64,000 nt of DNA from Candidatus Omnitrophota bacterium (lineage in GTDB: Bacteria; Omnitrophota; Gorgyraeia; Zapsychrales; Fredricksoniimonadaceae), in NCBI GenBank assembly GCA_963828495.1, contig CAWHFJ010000011.1, positions 32,623 to 96,622 on the forward strand. The letters are read 5' to 3'. A program made the translations under genes and the position numbers. The notes under the pieces were generated by a model. The model was not told the origin of the DNA. It made no database searches and worked only from the letters and a program-made list of their open reading frames with translations. Below, piece after piece: positions 42,146 to 51,400 of this stretch. Every line of letters begins with the position of its first letter. The first letter of the stretch is position 1.

Positions 42146-44617
42146 TTAAAATCCGCGGCTGACGCTGAAATAAAATTTCCCGCTTTTGTTTTGCCCTTCT
42201 TCACTACTTAAAGGAAAACCGTAATCCAGTTTGATAGGGCCAATAGGGGTCTTGATACGCAAACCGACACCGGCACCGGACTTAAGCCCGCCGGTCCCAT
42301 AATCCCTCACTTTATCCCAGACGTTGCCGACATCATAAAATACCGCCCCTTTAATAATTTCAATAATGGGTACGGTGTATTCCACACTACCGAGCAAAAC
42401 AGCATCACCGCCGACGGCGTCCCCGGTATCGGGGTCATGGGGCCCCACTGAGCGTTCATCATAACCACGGATGGAGTCCTGGCCGCCGGTAAAATAACGT
42501 TCAAAAATAGGCACATCCGGAGTATCCGGATAAGACTGAACCATCCCGGTGCGACCGCTGACCTGAAGTACCGTGGTGATATCATTGAATTTCAAAGGAA
42601 AATAATACGCTCCGCTGGTTTGCAGACGGTAAAAATTCTTGTTGCCTCCTAAGGGGCCTCCGGCGATGTCCGCGTTATTGGTATTAATCCAGCCTGTGGT
42701 AGGAGACAATTTGCTGTCACGGAAATCATTGGTCTCGCTAAAACCTAAAGAAGATATCAAACTATTTCCCACTTGCTCCTCTAAAGCCGCGGATTCACCC
42801 GCATTCATATCACTAATGTTAACATGTTCCAAGCGATAAACAGAGCCTACGGAAAAATTATCATTAAAGCTTTTGCCCAAACGAATATCCCCACCGATAG
42901 TTTTCTGGGTATAGGCATATCCGGTCGTGTTATCATTAAGATTTTCCGTCAAATACGCATCGAACCCGCCGGAGATCGGATGGTCGAACAGCCAAGGTTC
43001 GGTATAACTCAATATGAAACTACGCTGAACGGAACCGATTTGACCGCGTAGACGTAAATCCTGACCGCCACCGGTAAACGAAGGCCAGTTAGCAATGTCA
43101 AAATTCTTCTGCTCAACCTCCACAAAGCCGACCAATCTATCCACCGTGCTGTAACCACCGCCAAAGGAGAAGCTGCCGGTCTTGGCTTCTTTGACCTGCA
43201 CCACCAAATCTTTCATGTCTTCCTGATTGGTGTCTTCAATGTCATAACCGACATCTTCAAAATAACCCAAATCTTTCAAGCGCTGCTTGGATACCCGCAA
43301 TTTCGCCCCGTCAAATTGATCGCCGGGATACATGCGTAATTCGCGCCTGATAACAATGTCCCGTGTATGGGCATTGCCCTGGATCTTGATCTTATTGATG
43401 TACACCAACTTGCCTTCCTTAATAGTGATCTTAACATCCACCTTACCTGTTTCGGTATTAAAAGAAGTCGCTTCTTCCACATTGGCGGAAATATAGCCGC
43501 GATCAAAATAAGCCTCGCGGATATGGGACAAATCTTCTTCCATTTTTTCATGGCTAAAAACATTGCCCTCTTTCAAATTTTTAATATGGCTTTTAATATC
43601 ATATTCCGAAAGAATGGCATTGCCGCTAAAACTGACGTCTCCCACATAATAACGTTTCCCCTCTTGTACGGTGACATTCACATTGACTAATCCCTGATAC
43701 AAGGGCTCTATCTGGTAGGTGGCTTTGGCGTCGATAAAACCATTTTTTTCATAAAACGCCTGAATGGCTGTCATGTCTTCTTCCAAAACATCTTCTTTCA
43801 GAAGCCCTGAGCCAAACATCCAGGCCCACCGGGATTTCATGGCCTTAATGATACGTTTGTCCGGATAAGCGGTATTGCCATAAACATAAATGTGCTTGAT
43901 CTTGACCCTGTATCCCTCGCGGATGATGAAATGCAGGCTGGCTTTATTGGTCACCTCATCCACAAAAGTTTCCACATCCACCTTCACCTGGGTCAACCCT
44001 TTTTTCTTATATAAATCCTCAATCATATTAATATCATCTTTCAAGGTCTTATTGTCGAGGAACTTATCCTTCTTCGTTTTCATTTTATTTTGCAAAAACC
44101 GCTTGTTATAATAGCGGATTTTAGAAAATGTGATCTCATCTACTATCGGCTTTTCCTTTAACTTGACAATCACTTTTAAGCCGCCGTCTAAATCTTCATG
44201 ATCAATTTGCACATCAGAAAAATGCCCGGTATTGTACAAACGCTTTAAATCATCGCTCACCACGGCTTCCTGATAGTCTTCTCCCACACGGGTTTTAATC
44301 TTGGATAAAATTTGGGCTATCCCTATCGATTTATTGCCCTGAATGTCAATGGCCTTGACAACCTTGGGAGCAGGGGCCGCTTCAGGCATGGGCTGGGCAG
44401 CAGGAGCAGATTGGGCAACCGGCTGTGCAGCAGGCTGTGCCTGATCGCTTGGCTTTGCCTGCGGTTGCTGTGCCTTCGAAGGTGATTTCTCCTGAGCATC
44501 CAATGCCGCGTTAACGGTAGAGTTATCCACAACCGCTTGGGCAAAAACAATTTTGGCTTCTAACAAAAAGGCGCAAAAGACAATAAAACTGATAGATAAG
44601 ATTTTATTTTTTAACAT
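42146..44617 (-). CDS. bamA: Outer membrane protein assembly factor BamA
   Basis: 823 aa. POTRA repeats (IKAIDIQGNKSI, IKIQGNAHTRDIVIRREL), a C-terminal beta-barrel, and the terminal F (SVSRGF*). A Pro/Ala/Gln-rich linker follows the signal peptide. Confidence 0.9.
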   Translation of the reverse strand: MLKNKILSISFIVFCAFLLEAKIVFAQAVVDNSTVNAALDAQEKSPSKAQQPQAKPSDQAQPAAQPVAQSAPAAQPMPEAAPAPKVVKAIDIQGNKSIGIAQILSKIKTRVGEDYQEAVVSDDLKRLYNTGHFSDVQIDHEDLDGGLKVIVKLKEKPIVDEITFSKIRYYNKRFLQNKMKTKKDKFLDNKTLKDDINMIEDLYKKKGLTQVKVDVETFVDEVTNKASLHFIIREGYRVKIKHIYVYGNTAYPDKRIIKAMKSRWAWMFGSGLLKEDVLEEDMTAIQAFYEKNGFIDAKATYQIEPLYQGLVNVNVTVQEGKRYYVGDVSFSGNAILSEYDIKSHIKNLKEGNVFSHEKMEEDLSHIREAYFDRGYISANVEEATSFNTETGKVDVKITIKEGKLVYINKIKIQGNAHTRDIVIRRELRMYPGDQFDGAKLRVSKQRLKDLGYFEDVGYDIEDTNQEDMKDLVVQVKEAKTGSFSFGGGYSTVDRLVGFVEVEQKNFDIANWPSFTGGGQDLRLRGQIGSVQRSFILSYTEPWLFDHPISGGFDAYLTENLNDNTTGYAYTQKTIGGDIRLGKSFNDNFSVGSVYRLEHVNISDMNAGESAALEEQVGNSLISSLGFSETNDFRDSKLSPTTGWINTNNADIAGGPLGGNKNFYRLQTSGAYYFPLKFNDITTVLQVSGRTGMVQSYPDTPDVPIFERYFTGGQDSIRGYDERSVGPHDPDTGDAVGGDAVLLGSVEYTVPIIEIIKGAVFYDVGNVWDKVRDYGTGGLKSGAGVGLRIKTPIGPIKLDYGFPLSSEEGQNKSGKFYFSVSRGF

Positions 44618-44623
44618 CGCTTG

Positions 44624-44652
44624 ATTATAGATTCCGTGTATTAGACTGTCAA
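44624..44652 (-). promoter_or_regulatory. Consensus sigma70 promoter immediately upstream of bamA (leaderless geometry)
   Basis: The minus strand reads TTGACA (44652..44647), a 17-nt spacer, TATAAT (44629..44624), then caagcg and the bamA ATG at 44617. Confidence 0.5.
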
Positions 44653-44686
44653 TCTACATCACGACTATTTTGACAGATCATTTCAT

Positions 44687-46024
44687 CTATTCGTGATGAA
44701 TCGTTTCCAAGTTGGTAAATTTGACAAATTCCTTAAAAAACTTCATTCTCACCGTACCCGTGGGCCCGTTACGCTGTTTGGCGATGATGGCCTCGGCAAT
44801 GCCGCGATTTTCATCTGTCGGGTTGTAATATTCTTCACGGATCAAAAGCACCACCACGTCCGCGTCCTGTTCAATGGCCCCGGACTCACGCAGGTCGGAG
44901 AGTTGCGGCCGATGGTCCTGACGGCTTTCCACCGCGCGCGAAAGCTGGCTGATGGCAATCAACGGGAGATTGAGCTCGCGGGCCAAAGCTTTAAGCGAAC
45001 GGGAAATTTCCGAAATCTCCTGCTGACGACTTTCGGCTTTGAGGTGGCCTTGCATCAGTTGCAAATAATCCACGATCACGAGGCCAATGTCATGCGCGCT
45101 CTTTAAGCGCCTGGCCTTGGCCCTTAACTCCAGCATGGAAATCGCCGGGGTATCATCAATGAAGATAGGCGCATTCGACAGGCGCCCGGCCGCTTTCGTC
45201 AGTAACGGCCAGTCGGACGGCGAAAGAAATCCGGTACGGACTTTATGGGCATCCACCTGGGCTTGAGAACACAACATACGCTGAACTAATTGTTCTTTGG
45301 ACATTTCCAGCGAAAAAACAGCCACCGGGACATTGTGTTCGAGACAAGCGTGCTCAACAATAGATACGGCAAAAGCACTTTTACCCATCGAAGGGCGTCC
45401 GGCAATGATAATCAAATCTGATTTTTGTAAGCCGGACGTCTTGCTGTCGAAATCCGTAAATCCCGTAGGGACGCCGGTGATAGATTTCTTGTGTTGATAT
45501 AACAGGTCGATGTTCTCAATAGTGCCTTTAATAATCTCTTTGATATGGACAGCCTGCTGCTTTTGCTTGGCATCGGCAATTTCAAAAATCAGCTGTTCGG
45601 CGGAATCGACCAACTCATCGATATCAACGTTGGTGCCATAACTTTTAGAGATGATCTCGGTGGAATTCTTAATGAGCTTGCGCTGGATGCCTTTTTCCTT
45701 AACAATGTCCACATAATACTGGGCGTTGGCCGCCGTAGGCACAAAATCCGCCAGTTGTGTCAAATAGGAAATACCGCCTAAAGACTCCAGCTGTCCGTTA
45801 TTTTTGAGCCAATCCGAAAGGGTAATGATATCTACGCGCTTGCGCTGGGCATAAAGTTCGCGCACCGCTTCGAAAATCTTCTGATGGGCGGTTTCATAAA
45901 AATAAAAGCTATCGAGATGTTCAATAGACACCCCGATAGCTTCTTCGGAAATCATCATAGCCCCTAATACCGCTTTTTCAGCATCGATATTTTGAGGCAG
46001 TACTCTTATTTCTTCGTGACCCAT
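44687..46024 (-). CDS. dnaB: Replicative DNA helicase
   Basis: PQNIDAEKAVLGAMM, GRPSMGKSAF, LVIVDYLQLM, ISQLSRAVE. At 445 aa it has no intein insertion. Confidence 0.95.
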   Translation of the reverse strand: MGHEEIRVLPQNIDAEKAVLGAMMISEEAIGVSIEHLDSFYFYETAHQKIFEAVRELYAQRKRVDIITLSDWLKNNGQLESLGGISYLTQLADFVPTAANAQYYVDIVKEKGIQRKLIKNSTEIISKSYGTNVDIDELVDSAEQLIFEIADAKQKQQAVHIKEIIKGTIENIDLLYQHKKSITGVPTGFTDFDSKTSGLQKSDLIIIAGRPSMGKSAFAVSIVEHACLEHNVPVAVFSLEMSKEQLVQRMLCSQAQVDAHKVRTGFLSPSDWPLLTKAAGRLSNAPIFIDDTPAISMLELRAKARRLKSAHDIGLVIVDYLQLMQGHLKAESRQQEISEISRSLKALARELNLPLIAISQLSRAVESRQDHRPQLSDLRESGAIEQDADVVVLLIREEYYNPTDENRGIAEAIIAKQRNGPTGTVRMKFFKEFVKFTNLETIHHE

Positions 46025-46449
46025 AAGCGGACCTTGGCAATCACCTGCGGATGAAGTTTCACTCCGATTTCAAAAATACCTAACTCATCGATCGGTTTCT
46101 CAAGAACCAAAGATTTTTTATCAACCTTGTGATTTTCCGCTTCCAGGGCCTGGAGGATTTCGGTCTCCGAAACCGCTCCATAAAGTTTTTCCTGATCATT
46201 AACTTCAACGGCAAGGGTCAAGGACACCTTGCTCAAAATTTCCGCTTTTTGTTGGGCTAATTTTTTCTGTTCTTCAAAAGCGGCCAAGCGTTTAGCTTTT
46301 TCTCTTTCGATGCGTTTGACATTGCCCTCAGAAGCTGTGATGGCGAGCCTACGAGGAAATAAATAATTGCGGGCATAGCCATCTTTGACTTTAACAACGT
46401 CCCCCACTGCCCCCAACTTTTCAACATTTTCCATCAGAATGATATTCAT
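46006..46449 (-). CDS. rplI: 50S ribosomal protein L9
   Basis: MNIILMENVEKLGAVGDVVKVKDGYARNYLFP. Confidence 0.95.
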   Translation of the reverse strand: MNIILMENVEKLGAVGDVVKVKDGYARNYLFPRRLAITASEGNVKRIEREKAKRLAAFEEQKKLAQQKAEILSKVSLTLAVEVNDQEKLYGAVSETEILQALEAENHKVDKKSLVLEKPIDELGIFEIGVKLHPQVIAKVRLWVTKK

Positions 46450-46482
46450 ATTTTTCCTTGTGTTTAAGATCCCCCGCCCAAA

Positions 46483-46785
46483 TCATTTTCTCTTGGCAGA
46501 GCCAACGGGTAAAAGGCCCAAAAAACGGGCCAGCTTGACCGCGATGCTAATCTGGCGCTGCTGGGTCGCACTGGCACTGGTCAGGCGACGTGAGAAAATT
46601 TTTCCGCGCTCGGTCAAACATTTTTGTAAAAACGCAACGTTCTTGTAACTGATGTCCGTCCCCTTGGGGATGGACATACGCGGCGTTCGCGGTGTACGAC
46701 GGGCGGCTCCTTGACCGAAAGCATTATCACCGTCTTTCCTAAATGGTTTTTTATCTCCTAGACGTTTCTTAAATTTTCTTTCCAT
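46483..46785 (-). CDS. rpsR: 30S ribosomal protein S18
   Basis: ISYKNVAFLQKCLTERGKIFSRRLTSASATQQRQISIAVKLARFLGLLP. Confidence 0.9.
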   Translation of the reverse strand: MERKFKKRLGDKKPFRKDGDNAFGQGAARRTPRTPRMSIPKGTDISYKNVAFLQKCLTERGKIFSRRLTSASATQQRQISIAVKLARFLGLLPVGSAKRK

Positions 46786-46791
46786 AAATGA

Positions 46792-47226
46792 TTATTCCTC
46801 CCAAGCTATATCTTCCGGAGATATAACCGTATCCTGGTCCCCGGCGTCTTTGGCCGCGGGTTCAGGGCTTGTCGCTGTTTCACTTTTGACGGGACCACCC
46901 AAAAACTGAATGCGTTCGGCCCGTATATCGATGGTGCTGCGTTTTTGACCGTCGCCGGTTTCCCATGAGCGACTTTGCAAAATGCCTTCCACAAACACCG
47001 CTCTACCTTTTTGCAAATACTGATTGCAAATTTCCGCCTGCTTGTCCCAAGCCGTCACCGTCACAAAACAGGTATCTTCCTTTAATTCACCGCTACGGTC
47101 CTTAAATTTACGGTTGACGGCAATACGTAAATTGGTCACTGCTGTGCCATTGGGCGTATAACGTAATTCCGGGTCTTTAGTTAAATTCCCAATCAACAAA
47201 ACTTTGTTTAAACTTGCCATACCCAT
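46792..47226 (-). CDS. ssb: Single-stranded DNA-binding protein
   Basis: LNKVLLIGNLTKDPELRYTPNGTAVTNLRIAVNR, with an acidic C-terminal tip (DIAWEE). Confidence 0.95.
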   Translation of the reverse strand: MGMASLNKVLLIGNLTKDPELRYTPNGTAVTNLRIAVNRKFKDRSGELKEDTCFVTVTAWDKQAEICNQYLQKGRAVFVEGILQSRSWETGDGQKRSTIDIRAERIQFLGGPVKSETATSPEPAAKDAGDQDTVISPEDIAWEE

Positions 47227-47252
47227 ACCTCCATTCGCGAATTCTGCAGATG

Positions 47253-47552
47253 TTAAGCGTTTTGGCTGCCCACTTTAATGGTTAAAAAACGCAGTATCTG
47301 TTCATTGAGACGCAAACTGCCCTGTAATTTGGCCACGGCGGAGCCTTGGGCTTCAAAATTCAACAGATAATACGTGCCTTCTATTATTTTCTTAATAGGA
47401 AAACTCATCTTATGACGATCCAGCCACATCTGACTGTTGCCGAGTTTGATCTCCGACTTCACAAAGGCGTCCGCCACCTGTTTGGCGATTTCGTCCCTAG
47501 TGCCTTGCGGCGTGTGCGCATCAATAATATAAACTAATTCGTACTTGTTCAT
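47253..47552 (-). CDS. rpsF: 30S ribosomal protein S6
   Basis: MNKYELVYII...WLDRHKMSFPIKK...GTYYLLNFEA. Confidence 0.9.
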   Translation of the reverse strand: MNKYELVYIIDAHTPQGTRDEIAKQVADAFVKSEIKLGNSQMWLDRHKMSFPIKKIIEGTYYLLNFEAQGSAVAKLQGSLRLNEQILRFLTIKVGSQNA

Positions 47553-47573
47553 TACTTTTCCCTTCCTTAAAAA

Positions 47574-48137
47574 TTAATTAAACCGGTTCATCGCCACTTG
47601 CGCACCTTCGGTCACCCAGCATGTGACACAGTCTAGTGCATGATTAATAAGATCCGGCAACGCCTTTTTCTGTGCCGGAGTAAAATTAGTTAACACATAA
47701 TCTATTGTATCGCCGACGCCTTGAGGACGGCCAATCCCCATACGGAGACGACAAAATTGATCCGAGGCTATCTGGCCGATAATAGATTTTAACCCATTAT
47801 GCCCTCCGGCACTTCCCGAAGGCCGCAAGCGCACTTTCCCAAAGGACAGAGATAAATCATCACAAATAACCAAAACATCTCCCGGCGCTATACCTTGGCG
47901 GACGAGTAGCTTCTTTACACTCAAGCCGGAATTATTCATAAAGGTCATCGGCATCAACAAAGAGCATGCACAATTTTCCATTTCGGCACGCGCCAAGAGC
48001 CCTTGGGTTGTAGCCGAATTCTGCCAGGAAGCTTTATACCGTGCCGCTAAAGCCTCCAGGACCAAGAAACCAAAATTGTGACGGGTCCATCTATATTGAG
48101 GCCCGGGGTTCCCAAGGCCTACGATCAATTTTGGCAA
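47574..48137 (-). CDS. pth: Peptidyl-tRNA hydrolase
   Basis: LIVGLGNPGPQYRWTRHNFGF, GGHNGLKSI. Confidence 0.9.
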   Translation of the reverse strand: MPKLIVGLGNPGPQYRWTRHNFGFLVLEALAARYKASWQNSATTQGLLARAEMENCACSLLMPMTFMNNSGLSVKKLLVRQGIAPGDVLVICDDLSLSFGKVRLRPSGSAGGHNGLKSIIGQIASDQFCRLRMGIGRPQGVGDTIDYVLTNFTPAQKKALPDLINHALDCVTCWVTEGAQVAMNRFN

Positions 48138-48143
48138 AATACC

Positions 48144-48893
48144 CTATTCCTTCTTAGCCGCTTCACCAGCTTGAGCCCCGGCTTTTCCACCGGCGGCCTG
48201 CCCCGCAGCTTTCCCTGCGGCGGCCTCAGTTGTTTCTTCCTTCTTCTTTTCCTTCAACACTTCAGGTTCAGCACCTGCGGCAGCCGCTTCACCTTCCACA
48301 ACAGGAGCAACGACTTCTTCGCGTATGGAACCTGCCACCGTAATAACGACCGATTCCGGGTCATGCTTGGTACGCACACCCGCAGGCATCACCAAATCCT
48401 TGACGAAAACAGATTCATGCACACCCAAATTGGCAACATCCGCTTCCAGATGGTGCGGGATATTTGTCGGTAAACAAATAACATCCAGCTCCCACATCAA
48501 ATGTTCCAAAGTCCCGCCGTCACGCTTGACACCCACCGCTTCGCCTTTGGGGAGAATTTTAACTTTAATCTCAATTTCCTTGTCGAGGGAAATACGGTTA
48601 AAATCAATGTGAATAACTTCGTCGGTGACCGGATGAAGTTGAACGTCCTTGATAATCGCCGGGAAATCCGAAACTTTCTTCCCCTCGTCCACCAAGTTCA
48701 AATGAAAAATCAAGCTTTCTCCGGCGTGCTCATGATAAATACGGTCATAGGATTTACGGTCCGCCTGGATATTGGTCGGTTTTGAACCCCCGCCGTAAAC
48801 AATGCCCGGGATGAAATGCGAACGGCGCACCTGGCGCGCTCTCGCAGACCCCGTATTTTTTCTGATTTGAACGTCAAAATTAATTTGTTCCAT
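48144..48893 (-). CDS. rplY: 50S ribosomal protein L25/Ctc with an Ala/Lys/Glu-rich tail
   Basis: The track ORF 48144..49361 is over-extended across prs in another frame. The true start is the ATG at 48893 (MEQINFDVQIRKNTGSARARQVRRSHFIPGIVYGGG). The tail reads EAAAAGAEPEVLKEKKKEETTEAAAGKAAGQAAGGKAGAQAGEAAKKE. Confidence 0.9.
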   Translation of the reverse strand: MEQINFDVQIRKNTGSARARQVRRSHFIPGIVYGGGSKPTNIQADRKSYDRIYHEHAGESLIFHLNLVDEGKKVSDFPAIIKDVQLHPVTDEVIHIDFNRISLDKEIEIKVKILPKGEAVGVKRDGGTLEHLMWELDVICLPTNIPHHLEADVANLGVHESVFVKDLVMPAGVRTKHDPESVVITVAGSIREEVVAPVVEGEAAAAGAEPEVLKEKKKEETTEAAAGKAAGQAAGGKAGAQAGEAAKKE

Positions 48894-48903
48894 GATAGGC
48901 CTT

Positions 48904-49854
48904 TCAGTTTCTGATTTCTTCAAATAAACTGCTGATCGATTCCGCGTTATGGGTACGCGCAATGGCCTCAGCCAAAAGCGGGGCAATCGACAACTGTTTA
49001 ATTTTGGGGTTAGCAGCCCCGTCTTTAAAAGGAATGCTGTTGGTGATAACGACCTCCAGCAATTCCTTACTACTCGCAATCCTTTCCTTGGCCGGTCCGG
49101 AAAGCACCCCGTGACTGGCGGCCGCGTAAATGCCTTTAACCCCTGAATTCTTGAGGGCTGCCACCGCATCAACCAAAGAACTGGCCGTGGCAATGATATC
49201 ATCCACCAACACCACATTCTTGCCTTTGACATCGCCCAAAATATGCATGACTTCGGTTTTTTCCGGCGACATGCGTCTTTTGTCGACGATGGCCAGCGCC
49301 GCATTGAGACGCTTAGCATAGGCCCGGGCCATTTTAATACCCCCCACATCGGGAGAGACAATCACCATGTCAGCAATCTTTCTTTCTTTAAAATATTCCG
49401 AAATAACATTGATGGCATACAAATGGTCCACCGGAATATCAAAAAAGCCCTGCAACTGACTGGCATGCAAATCCATCGTCAAGACGCGGTTGGCTCCGGC
49501 CGCCACAATCAAGTTAGCCACAAGCTTGGCGGTAATCGGCACGCGCGGCTGGTCCTTGCGGTCCTGGCGCGCATAGCCATAATACGGGATGACCGCGGTG
49601 ATACGGTCCGCAGAAGCACGGCGGGCAGCGTCCATCAAAATCAAAAGCTCCATCAAATTATCGTTGACCGGAGGGCAGGTCGGCTGCACGATAAAGACAT
49701 CCTGTCCGCGGATATTCTCTTTGATATGGACACGAATTTCACCTTCGCTAAAACGCCCGATAAAGACCTCAGTCTGTTTAATCCCCAGTTTCTGGCAAAT
49801 CTCCTGTGTCAACAAAGGATTGGCATTGCCTCCTAAAATCGATAATTTACGCAT
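48904..49854 (-). CDS. prs: Ribose-phosphate pyrophosphokinase
   Basis: YARQDRK, VLTMDLHA, VLVDDIIATASSL. Confidence 0.95.
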   Translation of the reverse strand: MRKLSILGGNANPLLTQEICQKLGIKQTEVFIGRFSEGEIRVHIKENIRGQDVFIVQPTCPPVNDNLMELLILMDAARRASADRITAVIPYYGYARQDRKDQPRVPITAKLVANLIVAAGANRVLTMDLHASQLQGFFDIPVDHLYAINVISEYFKERKIADMVIVSPDVGGIKMARAYAKRLNAALAIVDKRRMSPEKTEVMHILGDVKGKNVVLVDDIIATASSLVDAVAALKNSGVKGIYAAASHGVLSGPAKERIASSKELLEVVITNSIPFKDGAANPKIKQLSIAPLLAEAIARTHNAESISSLFEEIRN

Positions 49855-49869
49855 ATGATCCTGCCCTCA

Positions 49870-51123
49870 TTAAATTTTACGAATAACCCGCGCCGGAACA
49901 CCTACCGCCAGTGTCCCCGCTGGAATGGTTTTGCCACGGGCCACAACAGAACCCGCCCCCACAACCGCTCTGGCACCGATGTGTGCAGGCGCAACCAACA
50001 TCGCCCCTGAACCTATAAACGCTTGGTCCCCAATAAAAGTTTTATTTTTGTTAACCCCATCAAAATTAGCCGTCACGACCCCTGCACCGATATTAGCCTT
50101 CTGGCCTACGACCGCATCCCCCAAAAATGAAAAATGCTTAACAAAAACCCCGCGGCCAATCGATGTGCGCGAAACTTCCGCAAAATTCCCTATTTCCACC
50201 CCATCGCTGATGCGAGTCCCCTGACGTATACGCGCCAAGGGCCCGATGGTACAATTTCTGCCGATACGCACATCCGCATGAATGACGCTCATCGGATATA
50301 TGATCGTGTCCCTGCCGATAACAACCCCGTCTTCAATATAGGTAGTGAGAGGATCTACAATAGTCACTCCCCCCAACATATGCTGGCTTACGATTCTTTG
50401 ACGGATGACCCCTTCAGCCCGTGCCAAATCTTCCCGGGTATTGACACCGAAAGCCACCGACGCATCCTGTGTGGTTAATGTCGCGACATTCTGACCACGG
50501 GCCAACAATAATTCAATAACATCCGTTAAATAAAATTCTTTTTTCTTAGGGTTCATCCTGACTTTTCTTAAAATTTCAAACAAAGCTTGAGCCCTAAAAC
50601 AATACACGCCGACATTGATTTCTTTTATTTTATCTTCACCGGATGAGGCGTCCTTCTGCTCACGGATGGCCAACAACTGACCTTGGGACGAACGCACGAT
50701 ACGGCCGTACCCATGGGGATTATCCATATGCGCCGTCAGAACAGTGGCCGCGGCTTTTGTTTGATGATGCTTTTTTAAAAGCGCGGCCACAATGGCCCTG
50801 GAAAGTAAAGGCGTATCCCCGCAAAGCACCAAAACGTTCCCGCGGTAATTCTTAAAATGAGACGCGCAACGCATGACCGCATCCCCGGTGCCAAGCAATT
50901 TCTCCTGACAGACATATTCGAAGCCGTCACCGACGGCTTCTTTGACTGCTTGGGAACCGTAGCCCGTCACCACATACGTTTTCAAAGAGCACAAACTATG
51001 GACAATATCCAAAACATATGCCAGCAAAGGCTTGCCACAAATTTTGTGCAGCACTTTCGGCATTGTGGATTTCATCCGCCTGCCGCGGCCCGCCGCCAAA
51101 ATAATCGCTCTAAAATCGCCCAT
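49870..51123 (-). CDS. glmU: Bifunctional GlcNAc-1-P uridyltransferase / GlcN-1-P acetyltransferase
   Basis: AIILAAGRGRRMKS, a nucleotidyltransferase N-half and a hexapeptide-repeat C-half. The start is taken at the ATG at 51123; the track start is a TTG. Confidence 0.9.
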   Translation of the reverse strand: MGDFRAIILAAGRGRRMKSTMPKVLHKICGKPLLAYVLDIVHSLCSLKTYVVTGYGSQAVKEAVGDGFEYVCQEKLLGTGDAVMRCASHFKNYRGNVLVLCGDTPLLSRAIVAALLKKHHQTKAAATVLTAHMDNPHGYGRIVRSSQGQLLAIREQKDASSGEDKIKEINVGVYCFRAQALFEILRKVRMNPKKKEFYLTDVIELLLARGQNVATLTTQDASVAFGVNTREDLARAEGVIRQRIVSQHMLGGVTIVDPLTTYIEDGVVIGRDTIIYPMSVIHADVRIGRNCTIGPLARIRQGTRISDGVEIGNFAEVSRTSIGRGVFVKHFSFLGDAVVGQKANIGAGVVTANFDGVNKNKTFIGDQAFIGSGAMLVAPAHIGARAVVGAGSVVARGKTIPAGTLAVGVPARVIRKI

Positions 51124-51126
51124 AAT

Positions 51127-51160
51127 ATCCTGCAAATCTTAAATTGCCCAGTCAGGATTC
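51127..51160 (-). repeat. Duplicated copy of the tRNA-Gln 3' end plus downstream flank
   Basis: 51127..51160 (atcctgcAaatCttaaattgcccagtcaggattc) matches 51307..51340 (atcctgcCaatTttaaattgcccagtcaggattc) at 32 of 34 positions, exactly 180 bp apart. The match resumes at gaacctg after a 14-nt hairpin insert (cgggcttcgcccta). Confidence 0.85.
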
Positions 51161-51261
51161 CGGGCTTCGCCCTAGAACCTGTCGCCTTCCGCTTACGCTC
51201 CAGGCTCCCCATAGGGGCGTCGCCCCTCTGGCGCTCCTCACTGACGTTCGTCGCTGTCACC

Positions 51262-51288
51262 CCAAAAACATGGGAAAATTCTTTTCCC
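51262..51288 (-). terminator. Rho-independent terminator after tRNA-Gln
   Basis: Minus strand: GGGAAAAGAATTTTCCC (7-bp stem, 3-nt loop) followed by ATGTTTTT. Confidence 0.5.
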
Positions 51289-51323
51289 ATACCCTTTGAG
51301 GTTCTCATCCTGCCAATTTTAAA

Positions 51324-51394
51324 TTGCCCAGTCAGGATTCGAACCTGAACAACGAGATCCAAATTCTCGGGTGCTACCATTACACCACCGGGCA
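51324..51394 (-). tRNA. tRNA-Gln (anticodon TTG)
   Basis: The reverse complement is TGCCCGGTGGTGTAATGGTAGCACCCGAGAATTTGGATCTCGTTGTTCAGGTTCGAATCCTGACTGGGCAA. It folds by hand into a 71-nt cloverleaf with anticodon loop ATTTGGA. Confidence 0.9.
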
Positions 51395-51400
51395 GTAAAG

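Noticed and set aside
37560-44617. The lpxI-lpxA-lpxC/fabZ-lpxD-skp-bamA cluster, considered as something unusual.
   Set aside because: This is a standard conserved envelope-biogenesis arrangement. The LpxC-FabZ fusion and LpxI use are known variants. Only the inserted conserved spacer is reported separately.
44687-46024. Checked DnaB for an intein, a common intein host, after finding a Hint domain nearby.
   Set aside because: The protein is 445 aa and collinear with standard DnaB motifs. There is no insertion.
48894-49361. N-terminal 156-aa extension of the L25/Ctc ORF (track ORF 48144..49361).
   Set aside because: It overlaps prs in another frame with Trp/Arg-rich nonsense sequence. A proper start (MEQINFDVQIRK) exists at 48893.
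51124-51323. tmRNA or a second full tRNA gene, suggested by the tRNA-like 3' end upstream of glmU.
   Set aside because: No 5' acceptor-strand complement (TGCCCAG-like) and no D-arm or anticodon arm could be found in the preceding 160 nt. Only the T-arm and acceptor 3' half are present.
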